A stretch of DNA of 57,204 nt, the filler included, from Stramenopiles sp. TOSAG23-3 (taxonomy: Eukaryota): assembly GCA_900128585.1 (NCBI GenBank). It is 3 parts of 3 records of this genome, joined end to end, with 100 filler letters (N's around TTAATTAATTAA, not from the genome) between each part and the next. Parts side by side here need not be neighbours in the genome. Positions count along the whole stretch, not along the records: positions 19,141 to 38,136 come from LT642411.1; positions 38,237 to 57,204 come from LT642412.1; 1 more part is not named here. One strand, given 5' to 3'. Below, one piece after another: positions 28,976-38,238 of this stretch; within the stretch, counting starts at the first letter, position 1, and each line of letters starts with the position of its first letter. The notes under the pieces were generated by a model, which did not search any database, had not been told where the DNA came from, and worked only from the letters and a program-made list of their open reading frames with translations. The position numbers and the translations under genes were made by a program.

Positions 28976-31900
28976 TCATGCATGTTTGAAAAGGTGAACC
29001 CAATTCTTCGCCTGGCTTCGTTTGTCTTTCCCCCCGCTTGCTTTCTTCAACTGTTCCCGAAAATACCCGCCGGCCTCCGCGTTGCTCTTATGAAACATGA
29101 GCTTGTCCTCTGGCCACTTCAAGTCGCCCACGGTTCGCAGCTCAGGGAGCCCGCAGCTGATCGACAACGTCAGCATGGTCAGGATAGTGTTTGCGTGCTT
29201 GGGCTGGCGAAGGATGTTGTACGCTTTCGTGCACAGTTCCATGAAGCGGTTGTAGTTCCCTTGGAGGGCGTGCTTCATGTCTGCGGTGAACACGCACCGT
29301 CGATTCTCAACCCGCCCAAGGATCCCTTTGCTCTTGAAGTTGCCAAGAATGTGGCCAAAATCGATGTGAAAGAACCGTCCATCGCACTTTATCATATAGT
29401 TATCGTTGTGCCGGTCGCCGATGCCAAGAATGTAAGTGCTGATGCATGCCGACGCCACGGAGTACATGTAGTTGTGCGTGAGCACATCGTGGACCAGGTT
29501 CTTGTCGACCGCGTTGATGAAGTTGGAGTGTTGTGACCGCTTCATGCTTTGGAACATTCCGCTCGACCTCTTGTCCAGCTTCGATCCCCGAAACCCTCGG
29601 CTGGGCGCAGCCAGTGCAAGCGTCCCCAGGCTCTTCGGCGAGTAAAGTCTCTGATTTTTCTGAATATTTTTCTCCCCTGTTGCTGTTAGCCACTTCGCAA
29701 TGACTCCGGTTTTGTTGGCGTTTTGAACCGCCCTAAAACGCTTCTTGATCCCGGTTGCAGCGCCGGCATTGCTGCTCCACTTTATGATATCCGCCACCGT
29801 CCGCGAGTCTTCGACGATCTCCAACATGCCTTCCATGTTCCCGGTGGACACGCACTTGTAAAGACACATGCACATGTCCAGCCCCTCGCCGGCCCATATC
29901 CTATCCATGGTTTTCATGAGTTGAAGGACTAGCTGGTCCTGCCGCAAGTCGTCCCCTTCCTTGTACAAAATTGTAATCGTGTTTCCCCCGTCCGCCGTCG
30001 GAAACGCTTTCTCGAACGTTAGCCACAGCGGGGCCTGTTTGCTGCCCATTACCCTGCACTTCTCCACGATAATGCGCTTGCAGCACATTGTTGGAGACAG
30101 TGGAAGCTGGTAGACATCGACGGCGTTTAACTGGCGGTTCACCTGTTCCAAAACTTCACGGAGCTTTGTTTTCCTCTGCTCTTTGTCGCTCTCGGCCCGA
30201 ACTTTCTGCGTGGCAAACCTTAGCTGGCTGAGCAGGTAGGACTGGTGACCGAGCTCTATTCGATGGTTGCCGCAGTTCCGGCAGTAGATGTTCAGTAGGC
30301 AATTGAACTTGTCCTTGGCAGTCTCTATGTGCAACTCGCCCCGGAGACTCCAGAAGAAAACGTGCCCGATGAATTCCGTGTTCTGTATCGCCCGCCTCAT
30401 CAAGAATCGTGTCAGGGCGTTGTCAATATGGGGCTCGTGCTTTATCAGCTGCGCCAGTTGCAGCATGTAGTGGCTTAGCTCTATGTCGCTCAGTTTCTCC
30501 AAGTTCAGAACGGCAAAGCCCCGTATTTTTGGGTCTGGGAAGTAAGGGGACAGCAGTTGCAGGCACACGGCCACGTCAGGCTCTGCCCATGTGTAGATCA
30601 GCTTGTATATTTCTGTCACCTGATACTTGTCTGCCCAGTCACAGCTGTAGATGACCGTCGGGAGGGCGTGTGGATTGCCCTGCAAGAACGCCCGGTTGTC
30701 CCAGACCAATTTCTTTTCGGCATCCGACATCTGGTACAGGACACTGGATTGGATCAGCTTCTCCACCTTTCCTCGCACCACGTCTCCGACGGATTTCATC
30801 GAATAAAAGCTTTTCCTGTCTTTGACGTTTTCTACCGTCGTGGACTCGCGGTGGGCCATTGGAATGTACTCGTCGTTCTCTGCAAATTTAATTTTGTACA
30901 GTGGGTTCATGCCCAAGTTCTCTGTGAGCGCCACCATGATCTGAATCTCACCGCCCTCTCGAAGCGGCGTCAAAGGAACGGCGCCGTAGGGCAAGTGCGA
31001 CGTAAGTTCAAACGGTTCCAGACCCGACAGCAAGTTTATCTGCTCCTTGCCATGGCGAAAACAGCGATGGTAGTTGAACAACGGCAGTAACCCCCACGCA
31101 AGCACGCGGCTGGAGGCGTTGCTCTTCCCCGCCCGCCCGTATACCTTGACGCACAGCTTTGCTGCGACTGGCAGCCTCGACAAGGGGTACGGGAACGTGT
31201 GGTTCACCATGTTCGCGTCGGGAAGTTCGAACGACACAATATGTTGTTGCTGAGAGTTGGGGGGCTCCGCGCTCTCCTCGTTGGCCACGCTGTGCATGAA
31301 GACCCAGTCCTCGTCGTCGTCCAGCCCGACCCCGGCACTGTTGGGTATTGCGATGGTTTTTGACCCATGAACAATGCTCATCTCAAATTTTACTTGCAAC
31401 ATGTACTGCTTTGGCCCGGCCTTGGTCATGACGTCTTTCCAATGCCGTTTCGCCAGGTTGACGCGCGGCACGCTCGCAAGGCCGACAACGATCTCGTCAT
31501 TGAAGTCGGTCGTGTGGGCGAACGTTTTTCCTTCGTTGTAGTTGATAAGCTCATCGTTTTGGTGGCGCATGTTGTGCCCTAGCATCTCGGATACGCTCAT
31601 CATGATTTCCATATCCGTCAGGTTGAAGTAGCCGTTGTTGGCCTTGTTGATCACTTCGATGACCCCCACGGGCCTGCTCCCTGCCGCGCCCAGCCCGTCT
31701 GTCGCGTACTTTTCGTACTTGACCGAGTAGATTGGTACGGCAAGGATGGTGTTCGTTCGAAAACCCGTCTTTCGGTCCACGTCCCGGTTGAACCGCTTGT
31801 CGGTGTACGCGTCTCGCACGTTGATGACCTTGCCCTCTTTCACAACGGAGCCAACTATTCCATCCATCGGCAGAACCACCCCCCTTGAGTCCCCGCTGAC

Positions 31901-34648
31901 CTTCAAGAGGAGCTTGCGCTTCTCCCAGTCCACGTAAAACAGGCCAATCTTTTCTACGTTCAAGATACTGTACAGCCGGGCAACGATGCGCTCGGAAATG
32001 TCGTCGTACGTGGCCTCTGGAACGAACGCGCTCATCAGCCCCATGATGGCATTTTGCAACCGTTCTTTGTTGACGCCTTTCTCCTCTCTCGGTGCTGGTG
32101 CCCCCCCCAGGGTGGCGCTGGCGGGTCTCGCCCCTCTCCGTTTGGGCGACATTGTGCTGTCCCGTCGCTGCTTTCGGGAGACATACCGTGCCTCTCGGTT
32201 AGCCTGCATGTCCCGGGTGGACGATTGCCTGAGTTGCACCAACCGGCGCTTGCTTGTCGAGAAGTCCCTCTTTCCCTTCCCCTCAAGGGAGGCCAGGGCG
32301 CTCTGCATCCTGTGGAATTTATCGATGTGGCGCCCAAGGCTAATGATGTCGGGCCGGTCTTCTTTCTCGTAGCCAAAGTCGCCCGCAAGGCCGTGAAAGT
32401 ACTTCATGAAGACGTCGCGGTCGAGAACAAAACACGTGCAGTGCGTGGCGGCCACGCACGTTGCGCTTCGGGGCGCGTCGTGGAGCAGCGCTTTTTCCCC
32501 GAACGGGTCCCCCACTGACAGCTGGATAACCTTTCGCCCGTGCTCCGTAATCCCGTCCCGGTCCAACTCGTCGACGAAATCGTCATGCTTCGTCAGCACA
32601 AAGACGTCGACGTGTCCGCTCTCGATGATAAAAAATTCGCGGCCCGACGTTTTCTCCTTGATGATGACTTCGCCCGCGATGTAGGACCGGTGCTCGAGGT
32701 GGTCCGCGATCCGCTTCATCTTGTCCTCGCTTAGCGATTCGAAGAGGGTAATGCTCTTCAAAAATGAAATTTTGGTGTGGCCCGTCATTGTTTCATCTGT
32801 CTTCATGAATTCGGAAAAATGCTCGGTCAACTGGAACTTCAGGGGGCGCCGTATTCCGGCTTTTTTTGCCCACTTTTTCAATCCCATCTGCAGGCGAATG
32901 AACCCGTAGAACGACAACCCCTTCAAAGTTTTCCCCGCCCAAAAGTCCGACTCCATGGTCGAAAACGTGGACATTTTCTTGAGTTCGTGATAATCTATTT
33001 CTAAGCTGTTCCGACGGCGGCGGCTCCGGCGCGAGGTGTCCGTCTTCACCAAATCCCCCATCGTTTTGACAACGCTGGCGTTTCGTTCGGACACGTGATT
33101 CAGCATGTTGGCGCGGGCGATGGCCTTGGCAGCTTTGCGGAACTTGGCAGCCTTGCGGAACGTTTTCGGGGAGGCCTTCAAGCGGGTCGGCACATGCGCA
33201 CCGTACGATATCGTGATGTCTTCGTTCGAGAGGGGGTTCAAATTTAGCAGCCGGTCGGTCATGGCCTGAACTTTGTTCTTCTGCACGCTATCGTCGATTC
33301 TATCGATGAGGGCCTGCAGGCGTGGCGGGGTGTGGGCATCGAGCGGGTCCGGTGGGGAGGGGGCGCCGGCGCCGGCCTCCTGGGACGACGACGTCGTCGG
33401 GGACGCCTCCCGTGGCTTGGGGCGGGCGCTCATAAGCAGCGCATCCACCACCCGCATCCGTGTCTTGCTTGCCTTGAGCTGCTCAAGTTCGCGGGCGAGC
33501 TCATGCTGACGCTTTCGCTGTTCGTGGAATCGCATCAGAGGGGCGCCTGTCGAGGCCCGAAACTGTTCGATACGCTTCGGCCCGGCCCTCCTCTTCTCCT
33601 TCGTTGCTTGGGCCTTTCTCTTCCACTTGCCGGCGTACTTCTTCCCGATCGCTGCCCTTACGAAACTATTCTCGAGGGCTGCGATCCGTTTTCGGCGCGT
33701 TTCCTGCCTCTGTCCCTCGTCGATGGGGCGGTACGAAGCCATGACATCTTCGAGGGTCAGCGCGCTGTTCCGGCGCACTTTCGGGGACCGTGGCAACGGT
33801 GCTGCGTCCGGTCCCGCGTCCTCATCGACCTTGAACACGTCAGTGGCCGACACCACAAATGTGTCCAGATCGCTTTGTTCCAAGCCCGCGTGCTTGTACA
33901 AGTATTCCATCTGATCCTTTAGCTGGTCGGGCATCTTGGGGGGAGAGGCGTCTTTGTCTCCCGGAATCTGTTTCACTTCCCGAATGGACATTCGCGTCGC
34001 GCGTCTTCGGGAGGTGGTGCCTTTCCCAGCGCTACCAGGCGTCGTCGGGGGGGGCGTCACCGAGTACTTGTCTTTCATGTTTTTCTCGGGCGCCTCCTTG
34101 ATTTTGGCCCGGAGCGCGTACAGGTCGGCAATTTTCGACTTGGTGTTTCCATACTTATCGGGCGACAGCTTGAGCGTTTTTCTCCTCGTTTTCTTCGGCT
34201 GCGGGGCCGGCGAGGTGACGACGATTTTCACCCTCCAGTTGTCCTTCCGTGCGGCGACGGCGGTGTTACCGTCCACCCTGCTCCTTCTCCGTTCGGCAGC
34301 TTGGGGAGAGGCCGCCTTGGTCTCTTCCTTCTCCTCCAACCTCAGCGTTGGCGTCGGGGGGGGCTCCGGTAGGGTGAAGTCCTTTACCGGCTCGTCGATT
34401 TTCTGTAGCTGGGCCATCGTCTGTCGCATTTTGTACAAGTCGGACAGCGAGCCGCTTTTGACTTCGTCCTTTATGATTCCCCAGCCCGACACTTGCATGA
34501 TCGACATTTTCCTAGAGAACGGGGAGGGCTTTGCCATTCCCCCCGGGGGAGAAGGAGGGGAGGGAGGAGGAGGAGGGGAGGAAGGAGGAGAAGGGCTCAC
34601 GGACGTCTCCTCCGGCGGAGGAGGCGGTGGGGGTGGGATGGCATTCAT
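28976..34648 (-). CDS. Phosphoinositide 3-kinase (class I/II-like catalytic core) fused to cNMP-binding and GAF domains
   Basis: cNMP domain (GEVIIKE...FFIIESG...FGEKALLHDAPRSATC); GAF (DAYTDKRFNRDVDRKTGFRTNTILAVP...GVIEVINK); C2-like (AWGLLPLF); helical (LQLAQLIKHE, IGHVFFW); kinase (MGSKQAPLW, KEGDDLRQD, YILGIGDRHNDN, FHIDFGH). First ATG at 34648. Confidence 0.9.
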   Translation of the reverse strand: MNAIPPPPPPPPEETSVSPSPPSSPPPPPSPPSPPGGMAKPSPFSRKMSIMQVSGWGIIKDEVKSGSLSDLYKMRQTMAQLQKIDEPVKDFTLPEPPPTPTLRLEEKEETKAASPQAAERRRSRVDGNTAVAARKDNWRVKIVVTSPAPQPKKTRRKTLKLSPDKYGNTKSKIADLYALRAKIKEAPEKNMKDKYSVTPPPTTPGSAGKGTTSRRRATRMSIREVKQIPGDKDASPPKMPDQLKDQMEYLYKHAGLEQSDLDTFVVSATDVFKVDEDAGPDAAPLPRSPKVRRNSALTLEDVMASYRPIDEGQRQETRRKRIAALENSFVRAAIGKKYAGKWKRKAQATKEKRRAGPKRIEQFRASTGAPLMRFHEQRKRQHELARELEQLKASKTRMRVVDALLMSARPKPREASPTTSSSQEAGAGAPSPPDPLDAHTPPRLQALIDRIDDSVQKNKVQAMTDRLLNLNPLSNEDITISYGAHVPTRLKASPKTFRKAAKFRKAAKAIARANMLNHVSERNASVVKTMGDLVKTDTSRRSRRRRNSLEIDYHELKKMSTFSTMESDFWAGKTLKGLSFYGFIRLQMGLKKWAKKAGIRRPLKFQLTEHFSEFMKTDETMTGHTKISFLKSITLFESLSEDKMKRIADHLEHRSYIAGEVIIKEKTSGREFFIIESGHVDVFVLTKHDDFVDELDRDGITEHGRKVIQLSVGDPFGEKALLHDAPRSATCVAATHCTCFVLDRDVFMKYFHGLAGDFGYEKEDRPDIISLGRHIDKFHRMQSALASLEGKGKRDFSTSKRRLVQLRQSSTRDMQANREARYVSRKQRRDSTMSPKRRGARPASATLGGAPAPREEKGVNKERLQNAIMGLMSAFVPEATYDDISERIVARLYSILNVEKIGLFYVDWEKRKLLLKVSGDSRGVVLPMDGIVGSVVKEGKVINVRDAYTDKRFNRDVDRKTGFRTNTILAVPIYSVKYEKYATDGLGAAGSRPVGVIEVINKANNGYFNLTDMEIMMSVSEMLGHNMRHQNDELINYNEGKTFAHTTDFNDEIVVGLASVPRVNLAKRHWKDVMTKAGPKQYMLQVKFEMSIVHGSKTIAIPNSAGVGLDDDEDWVFMHSVANEESAEPPNSQQQHIVSFELPDANMVNHTFPYPLSRLPVAAKLCVKVYGRAGKSNASSRVLAWGLLPLFNYHRCFRHGKEQINLLSGLEPFELTSHLPYGAVPLTPLREGGEIQIMVALTENLGMNPLYKIKFAENDEYIPMAHRESTTVENVKDRKSFYSMKSVGDVVRGKVEKLIQSSVLYQMSDAEKKLVWDNRAFLQGNPHALPTVIYSCDWADKYQVTEIYKLIYTWAEPDVAVCLQLLSPYFPDPKIRGFAVLNLEKLSDIELSHYMLQLAQLIKHEPHIDNALTRFLMRRAIQNTEFIGHVFFWSLRGELHIETAKDKFNCLLNIYCRNCGNHRIELGHQSYLLSQLRFATQKVRAESDKEQRKTKLREVLEQVNRQLNAVDVYQLPLSPTMCCKRIIVEKCRVMGSKQAPLWLTFEKAFPTADGGNTITILYKEGDDLRQDQLVLQLMKTMDRIWAGEGLDMCMCLYKCVSTGNMEGMLEIVEDSRTVADIIKWSSNAGAATGIKKRFRAVQNANKTGVIAKWLTATGEKNIQKNQRLYSPKSLGTLALAAPSRGFRGSKLDKRSSGMFQSMKRSQHSNFINAVDKNLVHDVLTHNYMYSVASACISTYILGIGDRHNDNYMIKCDGRFFHIDFGHILGNFKSKGILGRVENRRCVFTADMKHALQGNYNRFMELCTKAYNILRQPKHANTILTMLTLSISCGLPELRTVGDLKWPEDKLMFHKSNAEAGGYFREQLKKASGGKDKRSQAKNWVHLFKHA

Positions 34649-35477
34649 CCGCACTCTCAAGACGCGCGCCCAGTAACGACGGTTGGTGAGTGCACAAAAA
34701 ACAATAAAGGGTGGAGGGGGTGAGGATAAAAAGGGTGGTGTTTCGTTCGTTCGTTCGTTCGTTTTTTCTGAATTTACAAATCGAGAAACTGTTTAAATAT
34801 ATATTTCACAATGAATCATGAATGAATTGCATGTTTATAAATTTGATCTTTGTTTGAGAACACATTTGTATTGATGGGGTGGGGAGGATGAGATTTTTTT
34901 TCTCGTCGTCCGTCATACATAAAAATTTCGTTATAAAATATAAGTTAGTTGTACAAAATAAGTCACATAAATGTAAGGAAATGTGTTTATAAGTATGATG
35001 TACGCTGTGTTTATGTAAAGAGGTATGTTTTATCACTTTTTTCTACTATTTAGTTTTAATTAATATTAATATTGAGAAATGATTTCATTTAAATTATTAT
35101 AACTATTAACAATAGATTTATCATTCCAAATGGATTCACTCCATTATTCCTATAAACACATATCCTTAATCGTAACTTATCTGATCCATCCCTATTTACT
35201 ACATTACACTATGAGATCATATAATTATAACGAGTAGTTTAAAGTATAATTTAAATAATAAAATAACGGATGATAAAATTGTCGCCACTCAACCTAATCC
35301 CTAACCCGTATACTTTTCGAAGGAAGAAGTTTAGAAGAAGTTTGGAAGAAGAAGAAGAGAGAATAGATTACATTTTAATAATAAACGAAATTAACACAAA
35401 TAAATTAATTGCCCTCCCTCCAGTTTAGTTGTGTTGTTACATTACACGCGTTTTAGCATTCTACTTTTTTTTTTATC

Positions 35478-36575
35478 TTACGCATCGGACAGTCTGCTGT
35501 ATTGGTAGCTGTCGCCCTGCATTTCTTTATCAATGACATCCTTCATGTACGTTCTGAAATCGTTGAAGAGCTCCTTGAACATGAAGGTGTCCCCACCGAT
35601 GCGCTCGCACACAAAGTAATTCGTGGACCCGTGCTTCTGCAACGAAAAGCGAAGGAGGGCCATTCGCGCTTCCCCATCCTTCGCCTCCGAGGTCGTCCCG
35701 GGGGGCGACGCTAGCTGCTTGGTGGCCAAAATGGCCAACTTCCTCGAGGGGTCTTCCTCCACGGTCATGGAGCGAGAGATAACAAAATCGAGGATACGGA
35801 GCATGATGTACTCGGAGTCGTAATTCGCGTACGCAAACCCGAGGCTGCTCCGGGCGTTCGCCTGCAGGCGCTCGTCCAAGGCGCCCCGCCCGTCCTGGGC
35901 CGGAGAGTTCTCCACGGCCAACTTGTCCTTCAGGATTCCCATGAACTTGTCCCCAAAGTTGTGCCCTGGGACGAAAAACTGGCGGGGCTTTACCAAAATG
36001 AGCTTCGACATCCTGTACGTGTAGTCCTGCAGGTACCCGACGAACAGGACGGTCTTCCCCTTCTCCTCGATCGGAAAAATCGACAGCACGTTCCAAAACG
36101 GCTCGCCGGTGGCGCGGTAGTTGACGAGCTGGACTTTGCACGCCTTCCCCTCGGAGAGCTGCTTCCCCATGACCTGCAAGGTTTCCTTGCTTGTGTGCTC
36201 GCCCTGGTTTATGTTCGAGCTTTTGTTCCGGCACTCCTCCAGCGACCAACCACACATGTCCTCCCACGCCTTGGTCACGTGCAAAATTGGAAACCCTTTC
36301 CCGACCCCGGATACGATCATGCTCTCCTCCTCGTTCACGCAGAGCTGGCTGCGGAGACGGGCAAATTTCTTAACCTCTTCTTCCTCAACGACGTCCATTC
36401 GGTTTGTCCTTCTATTACTGTTACTATTTACAAAGTTCGGCCCGTTGCTGTCACACGACTTCAACTTCTTCTGGGGCAACCCCTTCTTTCGCTCGCCGCC
36501 GGAGTGGGAGCCGTGGGGAGTTGGGGACGTGCGCTTCCGGCATTGGTCCGAAGCGGGAGAGGAGAAACTACTCAT
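35478..36575 (-). CDS. PAS/LOV-like domain + KA1-like C-terminal domain protein
   Basis: PILHVTKAWEDMCGWSLEEC..NQGEHT...LVNYRATGEPFWNVLSIFPI...FVGYLQD is LOV-type PAS; the C-terminal CERIGGDTFMFKELF resembles the KA1 terminal motif. Confidence 0.75.
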   Translation of the reverse strand: MSSFSSPASDQCRKRTSPTPHGSHSGGERKKGLPQKKLKSCDSNGPNFVNSNSNRRTNRMDVVEEEEVKKFARLRSQLCVNEEESMIVSGVGKGFPILHVTKAWEDMCGWSLEECRNKSSNINQGEHTSKETLQVMGKQLSEGKACKVQLVNYRATGEPFWNVLSIFPIEEKGKTVLFVGYLQDYTYRMSKLILVKPRQFFVPGHNFGDKFMGILKDKLAVENSPAQDGRGALDERLQANARSSLGFAYANYDSEYIMLRILDFVISRSMTVEEDPSRKLAILATKQLASPPGTTSEAKDGEARMALLRFSLQKHGSTNYFVCERIGGDTFMFKELFNDFRTYMKDVIDKEMQGDSYQYSRLSDA

Positions 36576-38136
36576 TCGTGCGTGCGTTAGTCTGTTGCTT
36601 CTGCTTTGGCAAATGGTATGGTGTGTTATCCCGTTGATTCGACGGAAATGGTAGAGGTTTTATTCGTTTCAGTTGTGGAGGTGTACCTTTCGCTTGAATC
36701 GGTTCCGACAAAAAAGCACAGGAAAGAAATTAAAGAAACCATAAATGTTGTTCTTTCTTAATTATTTAAAACAACTACTTCACTACAACAACCAAAAAAT
36801 TGCTTTTTGTTTCATTGTCGTTTGTTATAAATGGAACATCTATAAAATGAGTCCAACAACAACAATAACAAAAAGAAAAAAGCCCATTTTTCTGCCCCGC
36901 TGTCCAAATAGAAAAGGAATAATTTTACATTACATAGGTATTAAACATAGTTAACAATATGGACTAATATTGTAGTTGTAATCCATTATATAGTATACTA
37001 GGATATATTGTTGATAGGATATTTATATCTGCTGTTACGAATTCTTATTTCTTCTTAAAATTCTACTAAGTTTTGTAAAAGAACAAGGAATCAATGCTCT
37101 GTCTATGTTTCAATCGAACAGAGGATTTATTCTATTTCCAAAATCGTAATTTCGGATATTATTTCCCTTTTATTCTGTTATTAAGGTGAAGTAATGATGG
37201 ACAAAATAAACCACCACTTCGACCCCTTTTTGTGTTAAGGATGCTATGATTTAATAATAAATATAAGACAATTAAGAGTGCTATGAGATGTATTTATATT
37301 TTGTCATTGATTGATATAAATATATTATAAATAGAATGAACAAGAATAGTTGTGAAGCGACAGATTATACCTTTTGCATACATACAGCATTTATTTTGTT
37401 AAATATAGTATACCTTACTGTTCATAAATACAAACCTTGATTGAGGATTATTTTGTCCAGGCTTATGCTGTGGTTATTTAATATTTTAAAAAACCATATT
37501 CCATGATACATAGTAACTATTCATAACGTAAAAATGAACTTGTTTCATCCTTTTTATTCTCTTTCCTTATTCAATCGGCATAGAAGATTTTGGGTTATCA
37601 ATTGGCACGCGCTTCTCGTTTCTCTGAAAATGTAGATTACATAATAATGCTTAACTATATAAATGCATCATTATGAACTTAAAGAATATAAATAAATGAT
37701 TTTACGTGAAAGATTGACTTGAACTATTTCTTCTCGATGATCTGGGTGGGCGCGTGCCTTCTTTATAATTAAGGCTGTTTATATATAAATCAAAGAAGAA
37801 TGTTTATTTGGTTTATGCTATCAGATGTATGTGTGTTTATAAATAATATAGAAAATATTTGATATCACGACAACATCAAAACATTCATTTTTGATCAACA
37901 AAACGTATACATATCACAGCATAACGTAAATGAACGATAAAAACTCATTGTTATAAATATATACAACACCCTTAATAACGTTTTTTGCTATGCTATCTTG
38001 ATGTTAAGAGTAGAATAAATAAAACCTTAATCCTAACCCTAAACTTGGATGAACGATGAAATTAAGACTCAGGAACAATTTCCTACGCAAAAAGTAGGAA
38101 ATTTCATATATAATGGTGTGTATATGTACATGATAA

Positions 38137-38236
38137 NNNNNNNNNNNNNNNNNNNNNNNNNNNNNNNNNNNNNNNNNNNNTTAATTAATTAANNNNNNNN
38201 NNNNNNNNNNNNNNNNNNNNNNNNNNNNNNNNNNNN
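38137..38236. other. Artificial contig linker
   Basis: 100 nt of N with TTAATTAATTAA at 38181-38192. Confidence 0.97.
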
Positions 38237-38238
38237 CC

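Noticed and set aside
35530-36267. 245-aa overlapping ORF in another frame of the PAS/LOV gene
   Set aside because: Explained by GC-rich codon usage; no recognisable motif.
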